DNA of 64,000 nucleotides, taken from the NCBI RefSeq assembly GCF_018350175.1, contig NC_058368.1, positions 992,001-1,056,000 on the forward strand, in the 5' to 3' direction. The translations under genes and the position numbers were made by a program. This document shows, in pieces, positions 52,517 through 64,000 of the stretch. This DNA is from Felis catus (Eukaryota). The notes under the pieces were generated by a model that saw only the letters and a list, made by a program, of their open reading frames with translations, had not been told where the DNA came from and made no database searches. Each line of letters begins with the position of its first letter. Positions within the stretch are counted from its first letter, which is position 1.

Positions 52517-52592
52517 GAAAGGAAAGGAAAGGAAAGGAAAGGAAAGGAAAGGAAAGGAAAGGAAAGGAAAGGAAAGGAAAGGAAAGGAAAGG
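52517..52592. repeat. (GGAAA)n pentanucleotide microsatellite
   Basis: About 15 perfect units. Confidence 0.97.
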
Positions 52593-54330
52593 GGATTTTT
52601 CTTTACAGGCATATTGTGTACAATTCATTCTATTGAAGAAGAAACTGAAGCTCAGAAAGGTCTAGGGTCACAAAGCTAATGAGTGGTGGGATCAGTGTCC
52701 ACTCCAACTCTGCATTCTTTCTAAATTGATACATTGCTTTTCCAGAGACATTGTTAATCAGCTGCATTACAGTTTTATCAAGTGTAAAGCTTGTCGTTAG
52801 GAGGGAATAAGGAACTCATATATTTAGGAAAAATGACAGCTTAAATCTCTATTTCTAAAAATGAATTTGGGGCGCCTGGGTGGCTCAGTTGGTTAAGCAT
52901 CAGACTCTTGATTTCTGCTCAGGTCATGATCTCCAGGTTCGTGGGATCAAGTCCTGCGTCAGGCTCTATGTTGAGGGTGGAGCCTGTTTGGGATTCTCTC
53001 TCCCTCCCTCTCTGCCCCTCCCCATACATGTGCACACGTTGATGTTCTCTCTTGCTCTCTTTTCTGTTTCTCAAAATAAACTGAAAAAAAAAAATGAGTT
53101 TTTCAACCCATAGTTGATTCTGGATTACTCAGTTTCTGACATCATCTTGTGTTTTTACTTCTGTTTTAGAACTTGATTTTATCCCTGATTTGCTTTCTTC
53201 AGAGTAGTGTTTTTCAAACCACAGTTTATAATCCATGAAATCAACTTGGAATGATGAAACCACTATTTATTTTTTTAAAAATGGAAGAAAACAGTATAGA
53301 CTAGATTTAAATAGACTAGAATAGAAAATATTGAATTCCATCTTAGGTAATAAAGGAAATAATTCTACTACTTAGGTAATAAAGGAAATAAAGGAAACTT
53401 TTGTTATCCAGTAATGAATATAGGTGACTTTGCAATTGGTCTCTACGCATAATATATATCCTAGTGGTTGTCATGGTCAAAAAGTTTATAAGCCACTGCT
53501 CCAGAGTGTATTATTGGACTGTGTTTTGAATTATCTAAGATGATGTATTTAAGAGTTTAATTTGAAGAATTAGGAGAAGACTATCCTGGAGGGGCAGAAT
53601 GCTGAGGTGGTTAAGAGTATGACTGTGGGGTCAAGAATCCTGGGATCATGAGTCCCTCTCCATCACTTTGTAGCTATGTGACCTTGAATAAGTTCCCTAA
53701 CCTTTTTTTTTATTCTTCTTTTTATTTATTTATTTTTAAACAGCAAATGCTACACCCCATATGGGACTTGAACCCATGATCCCAAGATTGAGGATAGCTT
53801 GCTCTACCGACTAAGCCAGCCAGGTGCCCTGCCCCTCTAACCTTTTTTTGCTTCGGTTTTCTCATATGTAAAAGTGGGAGAGTGATATTTACTTCGTAGA
53901 GTTCAGAAGATAATGAGTTATTATTCACAATGAACATACACAATTCCTGGAACTATAAATACTATACAAGCAGTTTATTAAGTAAAATTGCACAATTGAC
54001 TTGTTTTAATTTTTCAGGACTTCATCTTTTCTTCTCAATGGTAGAACAACATTATTAAGATTTTTATTGGTATAATATGATACCAAGCATCGCCCAGTAT
54101 AAGCAAATTAATAAAAGTCAAACATGCTAAAACTAACAATTTTTATTTGATATTATTTTTAATTCCACTAGAAGCAGTCTACCCAGGTGTACTATTCTTG
54201 TAAAGCAATTAGCCATGTTGAGCTTCTTTCACTTTCTCTTCCTTCTCCCACAGAAAAACTTCCCCAGTGCTTCAACAGTTAAATTATTGCTTTTTATGTC
54301 CTTCTCTTTTTTTTTTAAAGTTTATTTATT

Positions 54331-54363
<33 letters not shown>

Positions 54364-55555
54364 CAGAGTGTGAGTGGGGGAGGGGTAGAGACACAGGAGG
54401 AAATAGAGAATCTGAAGGCAGCTCCAGGCTCTGAGCTGTCAGCACAGAGCCTGATGTGGGGCTTGAATTCTGGAACGGTGAGATCCTGACCTGAGCCGAA
54501 GTCGGAGGCTTAACTGACTGAGCCACCCAGGTGCCCTGCTTTTTAGTTCCTTTTCAACAGTAAAAGTTAAAATGTTAGTCTGCATTAGCTCTCCAATCCC
54601 CAGCCTCAATCAAGTCTTCTTTCTGAACTTCTAGTTTCCTACTATCCATACTGGGAAGATGAGACATACTATGTGATTATACTAAGCTCCTTTCCAATAA
54701 AAAAAAAAGGACTTTGATTTGAAATACATTTTTTCTAAGATTTCTGATGGTGATTATGATTATGATTGTGTGTTTTACATTATGCACTAGCATAGTATTG
54801 ATGGTAGATATATCAGTATGTTTCTCTTCCTTACATAATATTATAAAGAATTTAAAAAATATTCCACTAAATCAGTTATCAGTAATAAAAACAGCTAAAG
54901 CTTTGAGGTCCTAACAAGTATGAGGTGCAAATTTCACATGTGTATGCCCATTGAATCCACCCCCCGAAAAAAACTATGTGAAAGTGAAATTATTATCTAC
55001 ATTTTACACATGTTAAAACTTAGAAAGTTAGCACATCACTAAAATCACCCAGCTGGTTGTGGATAAAACCAGAATTCAAACTTGGACATTCTGGCTCCTA
55101 AGCTGTGCTCTGAATAACTACCATATTGCATGTCAATTACTGGTGAGCTCTTCTACACACACAAAAACACACACACACACAGTATAACTGTATTGATATA
55201 TACAGAGAGAGAGAGAGAGAGAGAGAAAGGGAGAGAGAGAGAGAGAGAGAGAAATGATCACCACAGTAAGTCTAGTTAATATCAATGACCACACAATTGC
55301 AAATTTGTTTTTCTTGTGATGAGAACTTTTAAGATATACTCTCTTAGCAACTTCTAAGATTTTTATGTTCTAACACTTGAACAGAAGTTATTTGGTTGTT
55401 ACAACAACGCTGCATTACTTTCTTTTATAAGTGACTATGGGGCACCTGGTTGGCTCATTCGGTTAAGTGTGCAGCTTCGGCTCAGGTCATGACCTCACAG
55501 TTCCTGAGATTCAGCTCTGCATTGGGCTCTGTGCTGACAGCTCGGATCCTGCTTG

Positions 55556-55596
<41 letters not shown>

Positions 55597-58500
55597 ATAA
55601 ATAAACATTAAAAAGTGACTATACTGAGGCTCAGAGAGAAGGTAATTTGTTCAAGGTTTTGAGTGGCCAACAAGTTATTTATGTTGCCTTCCTTCAACAT
55701 TTAGTATGCTTTTGTGATTAGTACTGAATAATTCCACAAACGCGCACACACATATGCACACATTAAGCAACAGCTTTATTGAGTTATAATTTGTACCATA
55801 GAATTCTCCCACTTAAAATGAACAATTCAATGTTTTTAGTGTATTCATAGATGTCCAACCCTCACTACAGCTAATTTTAGACATTGTTCCTTCTCCATTC
55901 ACTCCCTACCTCCCTATGCCTAGGCAACCAATAATCTACTTTCTGTCTTTATAGATACACTTAGCCTAGACAATTCACATAATCATACAATGAGTGGTCT
56001 TTGGACTTCCGTTTATTTCCCCTGGCATAATGTCTTCAAGGTTCATCCATCCTGTACCGTGGATCAGAACATCATTCCTTGTTACAGATAAATAATATTT
56101 CATTGTATAGATATTCCACTTTTGGCTTATGCATTCAATCAGTTAATGGACATTTGTGTTGTTGCTACCTTTAAGGAAATTAAATAATGCTGTTATAAAT
56201 ATTCAAATATTTATTTTTAGAAGTACTTTTATATAAAATTAAGTGTAATTTTTATTTAAATTATGACATACAAAGTTGTTGTTTTTTTTTCCCTACCAGT
56301 TCTAAGCTTTCAACTAGATTTCTCCGTGATATTATGCAGGCAACCCAGTGAACATTTTCTTTGACAAATAGATTTACTTATTTTTGTTAAAAATTTTTAA
56401 GTTTATTTACTTATGAAAAAAATTTTAAATGTTTATTTCTGAGACAGAGAGAGACAGAGTGTGGGTGGGGGAGGGTCAGAGAGAGAGGGAGATACGGAAT
56501 CTGAAGCAGGCTCCAGGCTCTGAGCACAAAGCAGGGCTTGAACTCACCAACTGCGGAGATAATGACCTGAGCTGAAGTAGCATGCTTAACTGACTGAGCC
56601 ACCCAGGCGCCCCAAGTTTATTTGTTTCCAGAGAGAGAGCAAGCAAGCAGGGGAGAGGCAGAGAGAGTGAGAGAGAGAATCCCAAGCTGGCTCCACACGG
56701 TCAGTGCAGAGTCCAATGCTGGAACCCATGAACTGTGAGATCATGAGCCGAGCTCAAGCCAAGAGTCAAACTCTTAATGGACTGAGCCACCCAGGTGCCC
56801 CTTCCTGGGCACATAGATTTAAATGAAGGGATACAAATGTGAATAATATATCCTACTGTAATTATCATTCGTATTAATTAATTATAAAATGGCAATAATG
56901 CCAGGAATTGGTAGCAGTTTAGAACTTCCTCAAATTAGGGGTACCTGGGTGACTCGGTCGTTAAGCGTGGGGCAGTGATCTCATGGTTGGTTAGTTCAAA
57001 CCCCACATTGGGCTCTGTGCTGACAGCAGGAGCCCACTTAGGATTCTGCTTCCCTCTCTCTGCCCCTCCCATCCTCATGCTCTCTCTCTCTCTCAGAATA
57101 AATCAATAAACATTAAAAAAAAAAAAAAAAGAACTTCCTCAAATTGAACAACATGTGGAAGTCTCTGACAGAGCTTACTGGAAAGTATCGGTATTCAAGC
57201 CTTTCAACTATAAACTCAATGAGTACTGGCTATTGCCATGGTATAAGGTTACGGAAGTGGGATGGTGTAAGTTTTCAACAGAATTATTACAAGGATGCCC
57301 CGCATCTGGTAATAGAGGGTGTTTCTGTTGTGAAGATAGTGACATCAAGAACGTCAATGTGAAACAGCACTGTGTAATATAATATAAAGTCTTGCGAGGA
57401 TATTGTATTGAAAACTGACAAAAATTTCAATTATGAAATAAAATGCTGAAAAATAAAAGCAAGCAATACTGTTCTGAGCTGGTTGACATACATGCTGGAT
57501 ATTCTCCAACTTAAATAAAGAACGGTGTATTTATTGCAATTAGCTCTAGGTGGAAGGATTATTTGATTTTTCAAGTCACAGTGAATGAATAAATTTCAAT
57601 TTCTGCTAGATGATGCTATGTAGTCAACGTCTAAAACACGTTTAACGGCAGTCTTTACTGAGAACTTGGATGATTAACTCATTAAAAAACTCGTGTTCCT
57701 CATCATCGTGTTGAACTTTAAATTGTAACAGAACACGTCTACGTATTAATAGGCAGTGTGTTAGATCATCATGAAATTGAGAAGTCTAATTTATCCATCC
57801 ATTTATTACACCAACACCGTCCGTTGTAATCCCACGAACAACCGCTAGGGTGAGACGAAAGAGGCCTCGCTTTCATCTTTACATGGAATCTTGGATGTCG
57901 CACGGCACCCTGACGTGCGCCGAAGACGTAGGTGTAGACGATGAACAAAAGAGAAGCCCCATCGTCGATGTGGCTTCTCCGGGCACACCCGCCCCGGGGC
58001 GCGCCGCAACGCCGCGCACCTTCGCTCGGCTCCCCGCAGCCAGGCCGGCCCCGGTTGGGCGAAGCGATGGAGCAGGCGGTGGAGTGGAGACCCCATCGAC
58101 CGTTGAGGACCAGGCGATGGTGGAAGGCAGTGGGGAGGCCGGGTAGAGGCTGGGGGAGGGCAACCGAAAGAGGCCGCGGAGGAGGACGACGGCAGCGGCG
58201 AGGGACGCACCGAGGGGAGGCTCCGGCCCTTCCAACAGGCGGGAGCCCAGCTCCAGGGGAGCCCGCAGCTTCCTCCATCTTGGTTGATGGAGGCGGGGAG
58301 CGGCGTCTGGGTCCCTCCACCGTGGCGCCCGTCCCCCAGGGCCCCTCAGACGCAGACGCCGGCATCAGGGGCCGTCCCCCCGGCCGAATGGCGGAGCCCA
58401 GTTGGGGCTTCGCGGGAACAAGTTTCCCAGCCCCACGGGGTCTGGTTTTGAACTGGTCCCAAGTTCCCACAGCAGTCCCGACAAAATGGAGGACGTCGTC

Positions 58501-59079
58501 TCCTCCCGCAGCCATGACGGGAGGTGGGGGGACTATTCCCCACGGGGGTGAGGCGAGGGTGGAAGCGCTCCCACTCCCCGCGGCACGTTCGGGAACCCAC
58601 TTCACCCGCTGCCCCGACCTCCCACTTTCAATCGCTCCAGCCCGTGCCCGGGCTCGCCCCTCTCGGGGGGCTTCAGGAACTGGACAGGGAGGGCGTTGGG
58701 GACATCGAGGCCGCGTCTCTCCTCGGGCAGGGTCGTTGGGAGCGGCTGCAGCAGCCTGGGCGCCCAGGCCCGAGCCAGGGCAGGCGGCCACGGCCTCAGA
58801 TTCGCGGACCGTCCCGGGCCCTGGAGGGCACCCCGGGCGCCCAGGGCCGGAGCCCGTGGCCGGTGCAGCGGGCGGCGAAACTCGGGCTGCCTGACCCTGA
58901 CGGACCCGGGGGTGGGGGCGGGGTGGGAGGCGGGGGTAAGGAGGGGAGGGGACGCGGCCGAGGGCCGAGAGCGGGCGGAGGGGGGGAGTGGAACGGCGAC
59001 GCCGGGGGGGTGTGGCCTGCGCCTGACGGACAGCCTTTCGGACCACCCCCCCGAGGGGGGTCCTGAAGGAAGGCAGATG

Positions 59080-59152
59080 TAGCCAATGGACGTGCCCGAG
59101 GCGCCGCGGCCCGCCTTTCCGGCCAGCCAATGAGGGCGCGGAGGGCGGGGCC
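59080..59152 (+). promoter_or_regulatory. TATA-less core promoter: two CCAAT boxes, ETS-like site, GC box
   Basis: agccaatgg at 59081, tttccggc at 59116, agccaatga at 59125, gagggcggggc at 59141. Confidence 0.75.
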
Positions 59153-59169
59153 TCTCCGGGCTCGGCCGC

Positions 59170-59313
59170 ACCGCCGCCTCCTCCGTCTCCTCCGCCTCCT
59201 CCTCCTCACCAGCGCTAAACCCGGGACTGGACCGAGCGGAGTTGTGCGTGTTGCCGAAGGGGGGTGGGCCGGGGGAGGGGAGGTTCGTTCCGCGGAGCCG
59301 CAGCCAGAACCGG
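59170..59313 (+). other. Putative non-coding first exon of an unidentified gene
   Basis: Downstream of the CCAAT/GC boxes; ends at donor-like cgg|gtgagg (59313/59314); no ATG; start position is a guess. Confidence 0.5.
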
Positions 59314-62300
59314 GTGAGGCTTATCCCCGCTGTCTTTCCAGCCCAGGTCCGCCGATAGTGGGGGTGGCTGGGAGCAGCGCAGCCTCGGGAGGAGGAGGCG
59401 GAGGCGGAGGCGACTGGGGAGGCGGAGATGGGTGAGGGCAGCCTCCGGAGCCTCCCACCGACCCGGGATTAATACCCCGCGGCGCGGCCGCCGTCGCCGC
59501 TGCCGCGTCGGGGCCTCGGGGTCTCCTCCGGGCTTCGCTCATGTCACAGGCGTCTTCGCGTGCGGCCCGAAGGGCTGCGAGAGTGAGGGCGAGGCCGGGA
59601 GGGCTGGGTGAGGCGGACGCCAGAGGCGGGGGTCGCTCGTGGGGCGGGGGTTGCCCGGGCCGGGGCGGTGGGAGGTCGCGGGGTATTTTTCCCTTTCTTT
59701 CTTGCGGGGGGGGGGGGGGGCGGAGGAGGTAGAAAGGTGGGGGGAGGGGCGCCTCAGTTCGTTCTCCCGCTCTCGGGGCTGCGCTCCCACTGTCTCCGCG
59801 GTAGCCCGAGGTCCCCAAGTTTTTCGGGGCGAGGGTGCTGCCTCTTCCCCCACCGGGTCCCCTCCGTCGCTCTTCTCTTCCCTGGGCTGCGCTGCGCGGC
59901 TCTTGCTCTTCACGTATTGTTTGGCTGGGTCTCTAATGGCGGACGGGGAGGCAGCGCTGCCGGTCGCCGACTGCAGGGGGGGGGGGGGCAAGTCTCGGGC
60001 CCAGGGCAACTGCTTGGGGCAAATATGGGAGATAGCAGCCCAGCGGTGACGTGAGCCGCCCCTTACCTCCGAATTGGTGCCCCGAGTGACGGGGATGACG
60101 CCGGGTGGGCAAATTTAGGAGGGAGTACAATTCCCCTGCTGGCGTCGAGGCAACGTTTTCCCTTCCCCCCCCCCCCCCCCTCCCTTCCCAGTAGCAGGCT
60201 TGGTGCCCTCCAGCCTCCTCCCTCCGGATTTTGCCTTTCACGTGGGCTTTGGTCCCAAATATATGTTTTGCGCCGTTTTGCTCCACTTTACGTAGGAGGG
60301 GATTGTTGGTCGCGGGCTGTGGAGTAATAATAGAGGGGCCAAACCTCCTTGACCTCCTACTCCCGTCTCGGCCTCCTCTTGGTGGAATGGGCTTTGGTTC
60401 TCCCACCTGGTTAGATGTTCCTGATCCATTTGCCATTTTTCCTTTTACCCCAGGACCAGGAATCGCCTTCAACCCCAGCTGGTGCATCTTTGGCAGAAAG
60501 TGAGGAAAACACCCCCATTGTGAGTCCTTCGCCTCTAATTTGTTGCTCTTAGAGGACGTGGTTGGGTTGTAGGGGTTTAGCCAAAGGACTTGTCTCTCCC
60601 CGTTGTTTTGAGGGGGAGGAGCCTTTCCTTGGGTGGCAGCTGCCCCCGGGGTGAAGCCTGGGTAATGGCTGGTGAGGCAGCTGGGAGTGGGCGCTGCTGT
60701 TTCCACCGCTGCAGACATCTCTCCTGCTGCTGCAATACCAACCTCAGCAACCAGACGACGGGCTCCTGCAGCTGCTCACGTTACCCGGGAGGAGGGGTGG
60801 TGCAAAGGAGGGCATATTTCTGGTGCCCTCTAGAGTTCCAAAGTGGGAATTGAAGGTACTCGTTGGAAATGCTGTGCATGCAACCATCTTTAACACTTTT
60901 TCTTCCTTTGCAATGGATAATTGATTGTAGGGATTGGAAAAGTAGGCTCCCTGAACTTTTTGTTTGTGTCTAATTTGAAAGACGAATTTCGACTCTTAGG
61001 GCTCATGAGTTGATGGACGGCGCGAAGTCCACTCTTCTAGTGTTCTAGCTCATCCAGGTGGTTGACCAACTAGTATGCCGATGACACTGGTCCACTGCTC
61101 CAGTTAAATCTCCCCCCGCCCCGTCTTCGGTGTTGATTGGTCTTCACTGGAGCCATTCTTGGATGTGTCACCTGAGTTATTGTTTAATGCTTGTAATCTG
61201 TTGGTTTCAAGGAAACGGTCTTGTAATATGCGAGCTAGTAGAATAAACATGACTTGTCAGTTGAAATTAGTTACAAAATATCAATGAAGCCAGCACTCTG
61301 GACACATTGTCTTTCCTGAGCTCTGGTCACATTGTATCTCATGGACAGTTGATATTGTAACTTGTAGATTTCTGTCAGAGGTGACATAAATACAGTAGCT
61401 TATGCTTAGATATTAAGTCCCTAATGGTTCAAAAGATAGCTAATTGAAGATGAATATTTGCCGAATACTGATTGCGAATGATAACGTGAGGATGTTAATG
61501 TATATTTTAATACACAACATTCTAGGCACACTGCAGGGCCCTTTCATGTATTACTTCCTTTAATCTTAGCAGTTATCCTGCGGAGTAATGAAAATAGCAC
61601 ATATTGACCCCTTAGTATATGGCAGTATAATTCTGAGTTTTAAAAAAATGTTTGTTATGATGACTTAAATTTGTGAGTGAGGATAGTATGCTGAACCTTT
61701 GTGTGCCTGTTATTTATATTCTATAATTATCAACACATATCCAACCTGATTTCTAATATGCATTTAATAATTTAATCCTCACAAAATGAGGTCCTCTCTG
61801 ATAGTGTGACACTGTGAGAGATCAGTGATATAAGTAGTTTATATTCCTAATTTGTAGAGGAGGAAACGGGATACCCAGGTAGAAGTAGTATTAGTATAAA
61901 ACAGGCAGTTTGATTACAGTGCCCAAGTTTAGCTCCTATGCTGTTCTGTTTCAAAGTACTTAATATTCTTGTTTTACACATTTAGAAATTGAAACACTGG
62001 AAGAGCCAAGGTTAGAATTCTCTCAGCTTCTGTTCTTTTCCTAGAGAAGAGGGTGTAAACAAATAGCAAATGTTTGAATCTTACTGAGTATCTTTTTAAA
62101 AAGTTCTAGAACTGCAGTTGTCGATTAGATTATTTTACTGTCTTATTTAAAAACTGTATTTGAATCAGAAGTAATATGTTCCCTTTTTTCAGTATGTCTG
62201 TATACATTTTAGGGTCTATAATTGTTTCCTAAATACTGCAACTTGAATGAGTATAACTTGTCTCGCGAGTTTAAAGCTCTTTTCAGGTATTAGATCATTC

Positions 62301-64000
62301 AGATAAAATGGATCAAGGATCAGATCTTTCACATAAAAGGGCAAAGCTTATATTATTAACACATAGTTTCATGAAAGATTTAACTTTGTCATATTTTTTT
62401 CCTTTGTTCTCAGCTGTGATGTGGGGAAGGTTGGTAATTGGTTTATATTTAATAGACATTTGGGGAGGAGGACGTAGAAAATGTATAATCTGGATTATCT
62501 GTAATGTCAACACATATATACTAATGAAGGCCGTGGTTCGTTCTGATAATACCAAAATGTTGTCCTTGTTCTGCTTAATGATTTAGCTCAGAATTTAAAA
62601 TTCCTTTGCTTAAAAGACACCAACTAATGGTGCTTTAATGTACCAGGTAGTAAGATGAAGATAACATGATTTTTAATTGACCTTGGCTAAATAAGTTCTT
62701 TATTATACTTACTGTCAGACACTTAATGTGAGTTAGGTGCTTTTATGTGTACTTATGAAGTGTTTTGGCAGTTAAAAATACGTTGCATATTAATGGCATC
62801 TTTCTTCAGAGCATCCTTAACAGTATGTATTCCCATCTCCTGCCTGCCCTTTTAAACACTTGGAAGAAAGATACAGGGTGGTTTCTACTTTTCCCTGTTA
62901 TATATATAATCTCATGGGCTGGACCTTTGTATCTCATGTGGTGGGACAACCCCGTTTCACTCAAATATCAAGATATCACACAGGTGCTGACATGAATGTT
63001 TCAAACTTGCGTGATACGGAGCTTAATGTATGTACCGTCTTTGTATAACAGTGTTATTAAAGATTCTTCTATTTTGCCCTTGTTTGAGGTACATAAGTGC
63101 ATACTCTTAATACATTTGAGACAAAGTCTTAAAATCAGATGGTATGGTATATTACTGTGATGGAAAGAATATATATGAAATCCTGGAACACTCTCTTCAT
63201 TGTCAAAAGGTGTATAATCGGAAATTTTATATTTTTTGTTTTCTAGGCGTTAATATCTCTGTCTATCCCCTTAGCAGTGTTACTAATGTACGTATTATTA
63301 TATCGAATAATATTTATTTTAAGAAGATTGGCATATTCAGTTTGCCTGTATTTTTTAGGTGAGCACAGTGGATTCTCAAATAGTATTTTGTGAAGGACAT
63401 TTTAAATTAGGAAACAAGCATAGAGATTACTTTGTCTCTGCATTTCCCATTTTTTAATTTCAGTTTGTTAATTTTCTCCTGTTCCTGTGAGATCATAGAA
63501 TTGGGATTAAAAAAAAATTTTTTTTTAATGTTTATTTGTTTTTGAGAGAGAGACAGAGTGCCAGTGGGGCAGGGACACAGAATTTGAAGGAGGCTCCAGG
63601 CTCCGAGTTGTCAGTGCAGAACCTGACAATGGGCTGGAACTCAAAAACCGCGAGATCATGACCTGAGCCAAAGTTGGATGCTCAACTGACTGAGCCACCC
63701 AGGCGCTCCTGGAATTGGGATTTTAGACTTGAACAGGAGTTTTGAACTATTCAAATCTAAAAGTTCTCATGCGCAACTAATCTGTAAGACCTATAAAGTC
63801 TGTGAGAAAAATTGCTGTTGGATAAATTCATGAGTTTGAACTATGGAATTCTGGGTAATAACTGTAGTTTATTTTTTATTTTGGTTTGGCAAGAAAATTG
63901 TTTTACATAGTTGCAGTTGCACATTTTTTAAATCTGCAACCTGTTTTTTAAACAATTCACTTTGTAATCTTAGGTTTCTGTTATTAAAATAGAAATGGGA

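Larger units (their letters stand above)
57810..60370. promoter_or_regulatory. CpG island
   Basis: Abrupt rise in GC and CpG content against an AT-rich, CpG-poor background; no SINEs from ~57130 to ~63510. Confidence 0.96.
1716..63710. repeat. About 50 dispersed tRNA-derived CAN-SINEs (SINEC family), both orientations
   Basis: Recurrent ggggcgcctgggtggctcagtcggttaagcgtccgact...(ct)n...aaaataaa(A)n units of ~170-240 bp, most with TSDs, e.g. 4190, 5005, 9328, 21406, 25778, 38048, 45570, 52869, 63515. Near-consensus cat-type copies at 19053, 23510, 28440 and 29132. Confidence 0.97.

Noticed and set aside
4201..56685. Repeated MAQSVK/MAQLVK short ORF family
   Set aside because: Translations of CAN-SINE bodies, not a gene family
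59170..59440. Assigning a gene symbol to the CpG-island gene
   Set aside because: No coding exon in the window, and I do not reliably recognise the 5'UTR
57769..60718. Long overlapping ORFs (453, 317, 261, 189 aa) on both strands
   Set aside because: Low-complexity Pro/Arg/Gly/Ala translations with no recognisable domain; expected from stop-codon scarcity in a CpG island

Overview
Mammalian nuclear DNA from a felid, judged from about 50 carnivore CAN-SINEs that include near-consensus cat-type copies. Most of the window is intergenic transposon debris: LINE-1 of several ages, MaLR/ERVL/ERV1 LTRs and old DNA transposons. Three non-repeat items stand out. (1) A ~7.7 kb decayed nuclear mitochondrial insertion (NUMT, ~11716-19398) runs colinearly from 3' ND5 through ND6, CYTB, the control region, 12S, 16S and ND1 to tRNA-Met. 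It carries a young SINE in tRNA-Ile and two short template-switch inversions in tRNA arms, one exactly at its right junction. (2) An intronless, frameshifted cystatin-11-like (CST11/CRES-subgroup) retrocopy lies on the minus strand at 31209-31606. (3) A ~2.5 kb CpG island at ~57.8-60.4 kb has CCAAT/GC-box promoter architecture and + strand splice donors, so it is probably the 5' end of a gene I cannot name. No intact protein-coding region is supportable. I found no convincing novel biological system; the findings are evolutionary or mechanistic. Repeat family names come from recalled consensus sequences, not from a search, and boundaries are approximate unless a TSD is quoted.
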